Source: Limisphaerales bacterium
GTDB lineage: Bacteria; Verrucomicrobiota; Verrucomicrobiia; Limisphaerales; CAIMTB01
DNA: 61,289 nt
NCBI GenBank assembly: GCA_046155815.1
Contig: JBJXFY010000148.1
Location: 1 to 61,289, forward strand
Reading direction: 5' to 3'
The translations under genes and the position numbers were made by a program. Below, in pieces: positions 6,931 to 15,473 of the stretch (position 1 is its first letter; every line of letters begins with the position of its first letter). The notes below the pieces were generated by a model, which saw nothing but the letters and a program-made list of their open reading frames with translations, searched no databases and was not told the DNA's origin.

Positions 6931-8201
6931 AGTCTCTCGACGCCAAGCTGGCCGAAGTCCGCGCGAATCCGCGATCGCGCGCCTTCATCATCGCGGACGC
7001 GAAGGACGCGGACATGGCCTTCGGCGTGCGCGCGCCGGGGCCGCGCGGCTACCTGGCCCGGCCGGGCACTCGGCCGGCGCAGTTTTCACCGGAAGTCTGG
7101 TCACGCGAGGAGTTCGGCTACCGGAACCTGCCCGAGTTCCTCGACATCATCCGCGAGGTCACCCACCAGGGCCTGGTGGACATCATGCTGATGTCCGCCT
7201 ACGTGAACGAGCAGCTCACGATCAAGGAGAGGCTGTTCAGGAACTCACACGTCACGCCGGCCGCGCGGGCCAATGACACGACGGACGTGTGGGCCGTGCG
7301 GCATGGCTGCTACACCCGCGAACCCAGCCAGCCCTTCCGCAGCGCCACCATCGACCACATCCAGTGCGGCGAAGTGAGCTGCGAACGGGACGAGTCGGGT
7401 AGTTTCCCCGGCGCCAACCTCGGACTCTACTCGATCACCTTCGTCAACGACCTCGACCAGGACCGTGAGGCGCTGCTGTGGTACAAGCAGTTCCGCGAGG
7501 AGGCGGAGCGGAAGCGGTTCCGGCATTTTCTCGAGATCTTCGACCCCAACGTGGATTCCGGGATCGCGCCGGAGAAGCTGGGCGAGTTCATCAACGACAA
7601 CATCCTGCGCACGCTGGCCGGCGTGCCGGAGGCCGGGCGGCCAGTGTTCCTCAAGATCGTGTACCACGGCCCGCGGGCGATGGAAGAGCTGGCCCAGTAC
7701 GACCCGAACCTGGTCGTCGGCATCCTCGGTGGCAGCGCGGGCACGACCTACGACGCCTTCCGGCTCATCCATGACGCCCAGAAGCATGGCGCACGCGTCG
7801 CGCTCTTCGGCCGGAAGATCAACAACGCGGAGCACCAGCTTGCCTTCATCGAGATGCTGCGGCTGATCACGGAGGGACGGATCGGCCCCGAGGAGGCCGT
7901 GCGCGCCTACCACGGGGTGCTGCAGGGCAAGGGCATCAAGCCGCATCGTCCGCTGGAAAAGGATCTCGAACTCACTGACCAGGCGATGAGCTACGACGGA
8001 AGCGCGGCCCGCCGCGCTACGGCGGACATAAGCAACAGTCCGCTGGCCTCGGAAGCGAAGTCAGAGGCCAGAAGCCAGAAGCCAGAAGTGAATGGTGGGA
8101 CTTGGCCGACACTGGCGGGTGGGCGGCCGGACTTTGTGGCGATGACGCCGTTGCAGCGGCAGTTGTACGATGCCCAACGGCTGAAGCGGCGGTTTGGCTG
8201 A
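6927..8201 (+). CDS. uncharacterised BMC-associated protein, possibly a class I aldolase-like TIM barrel
   Basis: ATG at 6927 overlaps the aldolase stop (ATGA), giving 424 aa. FIIADAKDADMAFG, FLKIVYHGP and GILGGSAGTTYDAF...GARVALFGRKIN recall DhnA/LacD-type class I aldolase barrels (GG..G ... GR.I). That assignment comes only from motif recall. The low-complexity tail ends in a short helix. Confidence 0.55.
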   Translation: MKSLDAKLAEVRANPRSRAFIIADAKDADMAFGVRAPGPRGYLARPGTRPAQFSPEVWSREEFGYRNLPEFLDIIREVTHQGLVDIMLMSAYVNEQLTIKERLFRNSHVTPAARANDTTDVWAVRHGCYTREPSQPFRSATIDHIQCGEVSCERDESGSFPGANLGLYSITFVNDLDQDREALLWYKQFREEAERKRFRHFLEIFDPNVDSGIAPEKLGEFINDNILRTLAGVPEAGRPVFLKIVYHGPRAMEELAQYDPNLVVGILGGSAGTTYDAFRLIHDAQKHGARVALFGRKINNAEHQLAFIEMLRLITEGRIGPEEAVRAYHGVLQGKGIKPHRPLEKDLELTDQAMSYDGSAARRATADISNSPLASEAKSEARSQKPEVNGGTWPTLAGGRPDFVAMTPLQRQLYDAQRLKRRFG

Positions 8202-8289
8202 GCGCGGCGGGGGCATTTTCCGGCAGCTCGGGCCGGACTGTGCCATTCGCTTTGAGCATCCGCGGGGCGGTGCAGCGGTCCCCGCTGCC

Positions 8290-11145
8290 CTACTTCTTCT
8301 TCGGCCCGAAAATTCCCTTGATCGCGCTGCCCAGCGGGTCGGCGGCGGGTGCGGCGTTGGTGCCGGCGGCGTTGGTGGCGCCCCGCTGGCCACCGAGCAG
8401 GCCCTGCAGCACGTTGCCCACGGCGCGGCCCGGGTCGCGGACCAGCTCGTTCGCCGCGTCCACCACGCCGCCTGCATCGCCGCCGACGAAGCCGGCGATG
8501 CCGCGCGCGGCCAGGAGGCCGAGCTGCACCCGGTCCACGTTGGGCTGAAGCTGCCCGAGCGTGCCGCCGAGGCTGGCGATCGGGGGCAGGGGAACGAACG
8601 CCATATTGGTCGCGGTGTTGGCCGGCGTGATCCGGGCGCGGTCGGAGAGGTTGCGGCTGAGGCGGAGTTCCACGGGCAGGTTCACCGGCGACTGCATCAG
8701 GTCGTCGGCGATGGTCACGTCGCCCCGGGTCTCGACTTCGAGGGCGCTGCTTCCGGCGAAGGCGCGGGTCATCTCGACCTTGCCGCCGCCCAGCTTCGCG
8801 TCGGCGGTGATCTGCATGATGGGCTGCGAGGTGATCTCGGGGATTCGAAGGCCGGCGCGGAGCAGTTCGAAAAGCACCGTGAGCGGGCTCCGCTGGGCGT
8901 TGGGGGTGGTGAGGCTGAGGTTCGCGTTGGTGACGGCGAGGTTCATTTGCCCGGCGAGTGATTTCCGCAGGCTGGCCCCGGTCACGCCGGCGCCGCGGAT
9001 GTCGGCCCCGGCATGGATGGCCCCGGCGATGCGGCCGGTAAGCGCCGGCACGAACGAATTGGCGATGGGCCCGACGGGCACGCCGTTGGCGTTGAGTTTC
9101 AGGTCATACTCGTAGCCGGGCACGCCGAGGTTGAGCTTCACGGCGGCGGTGACGGGCGCGCCGTTGATCGCGAGCTTCACCGGCTCGATGTCCACGCGGC
9201 TGCCGTTGATCGCGAGCCGCGCGGCCACTTCCGTCGCGGCGATCTCGCGGAGGAAGAGCTTCCCGACGCTCGCATCCACCGTGAACGTGCCGAAGGGCAG
9301 CTTCATCGCCTCCGGCTCGGTCTGCGGGCCGGGCGGCGGGGTGGCGGGGGCCTGCTCGACGGGCTGGGTGTTGCCCTGCAGCAGGTCATAGTAGCGGGTG
9401 AGGTCGAGGCTTTCGGCGGTGAGCTTGAGCGCGCCGGCGATGGCGTCGGGCTTCGTAAGGTCCACCTCGCCCGTGAGGCTGAGCTCGTTCTTCGCGCGGG
9501 CGGTGGGCTCGAGCTGCAGCAGGGCGCGGCGGAACTGGTAGCGGTTCGCCGGCAGGCCGAGGTCGAGGTCGAGCGCGGCGGTCACGCCGTCGATCCGAAC
9601 GGCGCCGGCCTCGCCGCGCGTGTCGGCGAGCTTCGCCTTGGCCGTCAGGCCGCGCTTGGTGTCGTCGGCAAAGGCCGCCACCGTCGCGTCGGCGGTGAGC
9701 CGGCCGCCGACGTTGCGGAGCGGCTGCTCGCCCAATGTTCCGGTGACGCCCGCCAGCGTGGCGTCGGCCTTCACGCCGAAGTCACGTCCGCCGCCCCGCA
9801 CGCCAAGGTCAGCGGTGGCGTTGAGCGTGCCTGCCAGGGAGGTGCCGAGCAGCGCGGCCCAGTCGGCGAGGCGGAGGTCGGTGACGGCGAGGTTGAAGCT
9901 CGCGTCGGGCGCGCTGGCGGCGGCGCCGTAGTTGATCTGCATCGGCTGGCTGAGCGCACCGCGGACCACCTCGCGTCCGCCCTGCGTGCCGGCGAGGTTC
10001 AACGTGCGGATCGTCGCCGCGCCGGCCGCGTGGTCCACCGTGAGGTCGTAGTCGGCCTTCACGTCCACGGGCGGCACGGTGAGCGCATCCTGGCGCACGC
10101 TGACCTGGGTGCCGGTCAACTGGCCCTTCACGGCGAACCTCTGGCCGCCGGCGGCGATCTCGACCGTGTTCACGCTCGCGAGCGCGGTGTTCTGGAAGTC
10201 CAGTCCAAACGCGGCCCCGGCGAGGTTGAGGATGTTCCGGTCAACGCCCTTCAGTTCGACCTGCAGGCGGCCTTCCTGCTTCGCCATGTCCAGCGGTCCG
10301 GCGGCGGTGAGGCCGCCCAGCGCCGCGCCGCCTTTCGTGAACTGCACCGCGGCGGACTTCAGCTCCGTGGGCGTCAGGTTGGCTGAGGCGTCGAGCGCGA
10401 CGCCGGTGAAGGGCGCAAATCCGCCCGTCGCCTCCGTGAAGGCGAGCTTCTGCCCGCCGCCGAGCGTGGCCGGCAGCAGGTCCGGCGTCAGGGTGAAGTC
10501 AAAGCTGCCGTTGAGCGTGGCGGCGAAGGCGTTGGTCGGCGCGCCGCCGGCCGGACCCTGCGTGACGCGGAACTGCGCGGCGTTGGCGAGCTTGCCGGCC
10601 GCGCCGTTGCGGATGTTGTCGGCGGAAAGCTGGAGGCCGGTCACGGCCGCGCGCGTCTCGGAGCCGTCCTTCGCGAGCGAGCGGAAGTTCATCGCGCCGT
10701 TGTTCACGCGGAGGCTCGCCAGCTCGACCTGCGGGGCGGGGCCGGGCTTGGCCGGAGCCGCGGAAGAGGGGGCGGATTTCTTCAGGAGCGCGTCGAGGCT
10801 CGTGGTGCCGTCGGCGTTCTGCGTGACGCTGACCTTGGGCGACTCGACGAGGATCTCGTCCACTGCAAGCCGGCCGCCGAGGATGGCGAAGAGCTGGTAG
10901 CGCACGCGCACAAGGTCGGCGGTGAGCAGCGGCTCCGCGCCCGGCGGGGTCACCGTGAGCTGTCGCAGCTCGAGCTTCGAGAAGGGGCTGAACGCCACGT
11001 CGCCGGCCTTGACCTCGGCCCCGAGTGCGGCGCCCACGCGCGGCAGGACGAAGGATTTCACGAACGCGCCACTGGTGATGACGAACCAGCCGGCGACGAG
11101 CAGGACCAGCACGACGCCGAGGGCGAGGAGGATTTTCTTTTTCAT
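8290..11145 (-). CDS. AsmA-family envelope protein
   Basis: 951 aa. An N-terminal membrane anchor (MKKKILLALGVVLVLLVAGWF) is followed by FVLPRVGAALGAEVKAGDVAFSPF..LELRQLTV, then a long Ala/Gly/Thr-rich beta-type repeat body, as in AsmA/TamB-like proteins. Confidence 0.7.
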   Translation of the reverse strand: MKKKILLALGVVLVLLVAGWFVITSGAFVKSFVLPRVGAALGAEVKAGDVAFSPFSKLELRQLTVTPPGAEPLLTADLVRVRYQLFAILGGRLAVDEILVESPKVSVTQNADGTTSLDALLKKSAPSSAAPAKPGPAPQVELASLRVNNGAMNFRSLAKDGSETRAAVTGLQLSADNIRNGAAGKLANAAQFRVTQGPAGGAPTNAFAATLNGSFDFTLTPDLLPATLGGGQKLAFTEATGGFAPFTGVALDASANLTPTELKSAAVQFTKGGAALGGLTAAGPLDMAKQEGRLQVELKGVDRNILNLAGAAFGLDFQNTALASVNTVEIAAGGQRFAVKGQLTGTQVSVRQDALTVPPVDVKADYDLTVDHAAGAATIRTLNLAGTQGGREVVRGALSQPMQINYGAAASAPDASFNLAVTDLRLADWAALLGTSLAGTLNATADLGVRGGGRDFGVKADATLAGVTGTLGEQPLRNVGGRLTADATVAAFADDTKRGLTAKAKLADTRGEAGAVRIDGVTAALDLDLGLPANRYQFRRALLQLEPTARAKNELSLTGEVDLTKPDAIAGALKLTAESLDLTRYYDLLQGNTQPVEQAPATPPPGPQTEPEAMKLPFGTFTVDASVGKLFLREIAATEVAARLAINGSRVDIEPVKLAINGAPVTAAVKLNLGVPGYEYDLKLNANGVPVGPIANSFVPALTGRIAGAIHAGADIRGAGVTGASLRKSLAGQMNLAVTNANLSLTTPNAQRSPLTVLFELLRAGLRIPEITSQPIMQITADAKLGGGKVEMTRAFAGSSALEVETRGDVTIADDLMQSPVNLPVELRLSRNLSDRARITPANTATNMAFVPLPPIASLGGTLGQLQPNVDRVQLGLLAARGIAGFVGGDAGGVVDAANELVRDPGRAVGNVLQGLLGGQRGATNAAGTNAAPAADPLGSAIKGIFGPKKK

Positions 11146-11301
11146 GGCTTCACGGGGCAGGGAGGCGCGGCTGTCAGTTGCCGATCAAGGTAGTGCCGGG
11201 TGGGCTGCCCGCCAGCAGGGAAGGAAGGCCGGAGAATGGGACAACATGACCACCGGGCGCATTTTCTCCGGGCCGCCTGCCTGCTTCGCCCGCTTCCCGG
11301 C

Positions 11302-12228
11302 TCACGCCTCCGCCTCGAGCAGCGCCACGTAGTCCGCGATGCCCGCGGCGGGCGTCCACTTCGGCTCGAAGCCCAGCTCGTTCTTCGCGCGCTTCATGTC
11401 GGCCTGCGTGTGCGGCTGGTAGAAGCTGTAAGGGTTGTCGAAGTACTCGGGCTCGAGGGCGGTGTTCAGCTCGCGGTTCAGCACGGCAATCACCTCGTTG
11501 AACGAGAAGGCCTGGCCCGAGCCGCAGTTGAAGACCCCGCCCTTCCGCGCGCCCGCCGCGGCGATGGTCATCGCGACGACGTCCTTCACATACACGAAGT
11601 CGCGCCTGTGCTCGCCGGCGCGGAAGACGCGGGGGCGCTGCCCCGCCTTCATCTGCCGGTAGAGCTGGTAGATCATGCTCGCGGCGGACTTTTTGTGCGG
11701 CTCGCGCGGGCCGTACACGTTGAAGTAGCGCAGGCCCACGATGCGCCACGCGGGATGCGCGGCGAGCGCGCGGCGGGCGAGGTTGTCGAGCTGGACCTTG
11801 GTGAACGCATAGATGTTGGCCGGCGCGGGGGCGTCGTCCTCGCGGTTCACGCCGCCGCGCACGCCGTAGGTCGCGGCGGAGGAGGCGTACACCACGGGCG
11901 TCTGGGCCGGTTCGGCAAAGGCCAGCAGGCGGCGGAAGCCCTCGAGGTTGTCATGGCCCTGGAGGAGCTGATCGTGCTCCGTGGTGTCGGTGATCGAGGC
12001 CTCGTGGAAGATCGCGTCGAACTGCTGGTCGCGGAACTGCGCCGCCCAGTCCAGCCGCGAAACGTCGGCCGCCACGAAGTCGCCGCGGAAGCCGCGCAGG
12101 TTGCGGAAGTCGCCCGAGCGGAAGTCGTCCACCACCGTGAGGGCGGCGTCCGGGAACTTCTCCTGCAGCGCGAGGGTGAGGTTGGACCCGATGAACCCGG
12201 CGCCGCCGGTGACGAGGATGTTCCGCAT
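11302..12228 (-). CDS. hldD: ADP-L-glycero-D-manno-heptose 6-epimerase
   Basis: Start taken at MRNILVTGGAGFIGSN, inside ORF 11302-12264. YASSAATYG, GLRYFNVYGPREPHK, RRDFVYVKDV and YQPHTQAD track E. coli HldD closely. Confidence 0.8.
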   Translation of the reverse strand: MRNILVTGGAGFIGSNLTLALQEKFPDAALTVVDDFRSGDFRNLRGFRGDFVAADVSRLDWAAQFRDQQFDAIFHEASITDTTEHDQLLQGHDNLEGFRRLLAFAEPAQTPVVYASSAATYGVRGGVNREDDAPAPANIYAFTKVQLDNLARRALAAHPAWRIVGLRYFNVYGPREPHKKSAASMIYQLYRQMKAGQRPRVFRAGEHRRDFVYVKDVVAMTIAAAGARKGGVFNCGSGQAFSFNEVIAVLNRELNTALEPEYFDNPYSFYQPHTQADMKRAKNELGFEPKWTPAAGIADYVALLEAEA

Positions 12229-12371
12229 GTGGGGCGAGGCTAGGGAGGCGAGGCGGGGCGTCAACGGTGCGGAGATGGGGACGGTCCTAATCTTCCTCTG
12301 AATCGTGATCCTGTGCCTGATTATGATGACGAAGATTCAGAGCGGATCTGGACACCACCGCAAATGCGCCT

Positions 12372-13235
12372 TCATTGTACCGCCTCAATGCCGATCACGC
12401 TGAGGCCTGCCGGATGATTGCAATCCATCCTGAGCACGGCCTCCTGTTTCCTCTGGCCGTCGTCCCGAAGCTCCACACGGATTACAGGTGGCCGGACATT
12501 GATGGCCCATATGCCTGACAACTGTGCCTTCGACTTACCGGATTCTTGTGACCTCCAAACGTCGGAACGGTTGATGAGGTCCGTCAGTTGTTCGGCATCG
12601 TGCAGACGCCAGCCACGCTCGGGAGCAAAGACGGCCAGACGGGGGACGCCCCACGGCATCCGCGAACCGGCCAGCAGGTTTATGACTGCGCATCCATTGG
12701 TTTCGAGGACGAGCAGCGGAAGGCGCGATGCCTGCACCGGCACGGCGCCCGCCCAGACCAGTTGGTTGGCCGAGGCGTCGGATGGCCTGACGACGAAACG
12801 CACTTCATAATCATACCAATTTCTTGGCCGTGCGCTTCGTTCGGCCCTCCGTTGGAAGGTTTGTCCATCCGCCAGCTTGACCTCAGCATTGAGTTCACGC
12901 CGGAGGTCCACTGCGGCCCAGAGATGCAGCCAGCCTATCAACACGACTACGACAACCGCCAGGCCAACGAAAGGGCACCAAGCCACCGTCCGCCGGCGTT
13001 GGGGAGAAACTTCAACAGAAACCCCCACCAGTTGGAGGAGGGCGCGCAATAAAGGCGCGATCACGGCCGCAATCAGCCCGTACGCCCAGCCCAAAAACAA
13101 CGCCGGCCCCACTGCGATGCTCTCAGGGACCCAATTCCATGCGTCACCGCCGGAAGCAGCGTCAAGAAATAGCGGGACGATGATCGAGAAAACGATGGCC
13201 CATGTGATGAAAAGGATCCAAGTCAGCAGGACCAC
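12372..13235 (-). CDS. hypothetical membrane protein (3 predicted TM helices plus soluble C-terminal domain)
   Basis: 287 aa, the only ORF here with protein-like composition. It lies in a stretch of visibly lower GC than its flanks. No recognisable family. Confidence 0.55.
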   Translation of the reverse strand: MVLLTWILFITWAIVFSIIVPLFLDAASGGDAWNWVPESIAVGPALFLGWAYGLIAAVIAPLLRALLQLVGVSVEVSPQRRRTVAWCPFVGLAVVVVVLIGWLHLWAAVDLRRELNAEVKLADGQTFQRRAERSARPRNWYDYEVRFVVRPSDASANQLVWAGAVPVQASRLPLLVLETNGCAVINLLAGSRMPWGVPRLAVFAPERGWRLHDAEQLTDLINRSDVWRSQESGKSKAQLSGIWAINVRPPVIRVELRDDGQRKQEAVLRMDCNHPAGLSVIGIEAVQ

Positions 13236-13394
13236 CCAATACGTTCGCGAACCTTAGACTCTCAGCGTTATTGGTATTCCGAAGACACCTCCGAAGGCGG
13301 CGAGGTTCGTTGCGATGCTGGCCAGCAATACCTTTGACACGAAATGATCCCCTGAGCAGTGAAGCTGGCCGGAATCTCAGAAGCACGGCGCTGT

Positions 13395-13622
13395 TCACAT
13401 GGTCGCCTTGGCCGCCAGGTCCAATTGGATCTCCTCAATCTGACCGATATCGAGGAGGTGGATGCCGCCTGGCTTGTCCACCACCATCACGAGTTCCCCC
13501 ACCGGCGGCACAAGCAGGTAGTCGGGATGTTCGACCCGATGTGACCTCCCACTCGCCAGCCGCAGCGTCAGCGGGCGGAAAGGGATCACATGCAAATTCG
13601 CCCGCACTTCATCCAGCGTCAT
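13395..13622 (-). CDS. small hypothetical protein (75 aa)
   Basis: ATG at 13622 inside ORF 13395-13748. The sequence is MTLDEVRANLHVIPFRPLTLRLASGRSHRVEHPDYLLVPP... The upstream part of the ORF would overlap the gatB leader. No family recognised. Confidence 0.4.
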   Translation of the reverse strand: MTLDEVRANLHVIPFRPLTLRLASGRSHRVEHPDYLLVPPVGELVMVVDKPGGIHLLDIGQIEEIQLDLAAKATM

Positions 13623-13746
13623 GGCGGCAAGCTGCCGAGCCGGGCACCGCTGGTCAACGGGCTGCAACCACGCACCAACATTCCATCTTCGCTTAGAAAA
13701 TCCCTGTTTCCCCGCGCCTTTCCTTGATTCAACATCTCCCGGACGC

Positions 13747-15186
13747 ATGGACTACGAAGTCGTCATCGGCCTGGAGACGCACGTGCAGCTCAAGACGCGC
13801 ACCAAGATGTGGTGCGGCTGCGCCAACGCCTTCGGCGCCGACCCCAACACCAACGTCTGCCCCGTCTGCCTCGGCCTGCCCGGCGTGCTGCCCGTGCCCA
13901 ACGAGGAGTCCCTCCGCCTCACCGTCCTCTGTGGCCTGCTCCTCAACTGCGAGATCCCCCGCCACGCCCGCTTCGACCGGAAGAACTACTTCTACCCGGA
14001 CGTCGCCAAGAACTACCAGATCACCCAGTACGCCGAGCCTTCCACGCGGAACGGCTGGCTCGAGTTCGAGCACGCCGGCCCCGGCGCCGCGGACGGCATC
14101 GCCCGCGTCCGCATCACGCGCGCGCACCTCGAGGAGGACGTGGCCAAGAACAACCACCTCGGCCCGTGCAGCGGCATTGACTTCAACCGCGCCGGCGTGC
14201 CGCTGCTCGAAATCGTCTCCGAGCCCGACCTCAGCAGCGCGGACATGGCCTGCGACTACCTGAACGCGCTGAAGGAACTCCTGATCCAGGGCGGCGTCTC
14301 GGACTGCGACATGGAGAAGGGCATGGTCCGCTGCGATGTGAACGTGAGCGTCCGCCCCGTGGGCAAGACGGCGCTCGGTGCGAAGATCGAGATCAAGAAC
14401 ATGAACACCTTCTCCGGCGTGCGCCGCGCGCTGGAGCACGAGATCCCCCGGCAGATCGCCGCCGTCCGCTGCGGCGAGACGCTGCGCCAGGAGACGCGCC
14501 GCTGGAACGACGAAGCCGGGATGACCGAGCCGATGCGCTCGAAGGAGGACGCGCACGACTACCGCTACCTGCCCGACCCCGATCTCCTGCCGCTCGCGCC
14601 CACGGATGCGTGGCTGGCCGAGGTCCGCGCCCGGCTTGTCGAGCCGCCGCTCGCCCGCAAGCGGCGCTTCATGAGCGAATTCGGCCTGCCCGCCGGCGAC
14701 GCCGAGGTGCTCAAGGCCAACCGTCCGCTCGGCGACTGGTTCAGCCGCGCCGCCGAGGGCGCGAAGAACCCCAAGGCCGTCGCCAACTGGGTCATCAACA
14801 ACCTGAGCGCCCAGCTCGCCGCCACCGGCACCGCGCTGGACGCCGTGAAGTTTCCGCCCGCCGCCGTGCGCGAACTGGCCGGGCTGGTGGACGCGGGGAA
14901 GATCAACTCGAAGACCGCGCAGGACGTGTTCGCCGAAATGTTCGCCACCGGCGCGGCCCCGGCCGCCATCGTCGAGGCGAAGGGGCTGGGCCAGGTCAGC
15001 GACACCGCGGCCATCGAGGCGTTCTGCGACCAGGCCATTGCTGCGCACCCCGGCCCGGCCGCGGACTACCGCGCCGGCAAGGTGGCGGCGCTGAACTTCC
15101 TCAAGGGCCAGGTCATGAAGCTCAGCCAAGGCAAGGCCAACCCCGGCCTCGCGGGGGAGATCCTCGAACGGAAGTTGAAGGGCTGA
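13747..15186 (+). CDS. gatB: Asp-tRNA(Asn)/Glu-tRNA(Gln) amidotransferase subunit B
   Basis: MDYEVVIGLETHVQLKTRTKMWCGC...NTNVCPVCLGLPGVLP...YFYPD...HLEEDVAK is the canonical GatB N-terminus. The protein is 479 aa. Confidence 0.95.
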   Translation: MDYEVVIGLETHVQLKTRTKMWCGCANAFGADPNTNVCPVCLGLPGVLPVPNEESLRLTVLCGLLLNCEIPRHARFDRKNYFYPDVAKNYQITQYAEPSTRNGWLEFEHAGPGAADGIARVRITRAHLEEDVAKNNHLGPCSGIDFNRAGVPLLEIVSEPDLSSADMACDYLNALKELLIQGGVSDCDMEKGMVRCDVNVSVRPVGKTALGAKIEIKNMNTFSGVRRALEHEIPRQIAAVRCGETLRQETRRWNDEAGMTEPMRSKEDAHDYRYLPDPDLLPLAPTDAWLAEVRARLVEPPLARKRRFMSEFGLPAGDAEVLKANRPLGDWFSRAAEGAKNPKAVANWVINNLSAQLAATGTALDAVKFPPAAVRELAGLVDAGKINSKTAQDVFAEMFATGAAPAAIVEAKGLGQVSDTAAIEAFCDQAIAAHPGPAADYRAGKVAALNFLKGQVMKLSQGKANPGLAGEILERKLKG

Positions 15187-15253
15187 GGCGAGGCTGGCGG
15201 CGCGGCGCGTCCGGCAGCGCGTGGGCGGCCATGGCCCCCAAGCCGATGGTCGC

Positions 15254-15273
15254 GCGGGCAGCCCTCTGCCCGC
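15254..15273 (+). terminator. GC-rich hairpin downstream of gatB (no U-tract)
   Basis: GCGGGCAG-CCCT-CTGCCCGC, a perfect 8-bp stem with a 4-nt loop, about 70 nt after the gatB stop. No T-run follows, so function is uncertain. Confidence 0.3.
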
Positions 15274-15473
15274 CGCGTGCGTATGGACGGCAACCTCTCG
15301 CGCCGTGGAGCCGCACCGGACGGTTCGGCGTCCAGGTGGCCCCGGTCGCGCCGCCGGCGCGCCCGGGGTGAAGCGCCCCACCGTTCGATCGGCTGCATGG
15401 ACTCCCTGCCGGAGCCCGGGGCTTGGAACTTGGAGCTTGGACCCCCCCTCCCCGCCTCCGCACGTTTCCGGCC

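Noticed and set aside
8262-8285. Hairpin GCGGGG-N12-CCCCGC between the convergent BMC-tail gene and the AsmA-like gene, as a bidirectional terminator
   Set aside because: It has only a 6-bp stem with a 12-nt loop and no flanking T or A tracts. It is not distinguishable from background GC-rich self-complementarity.
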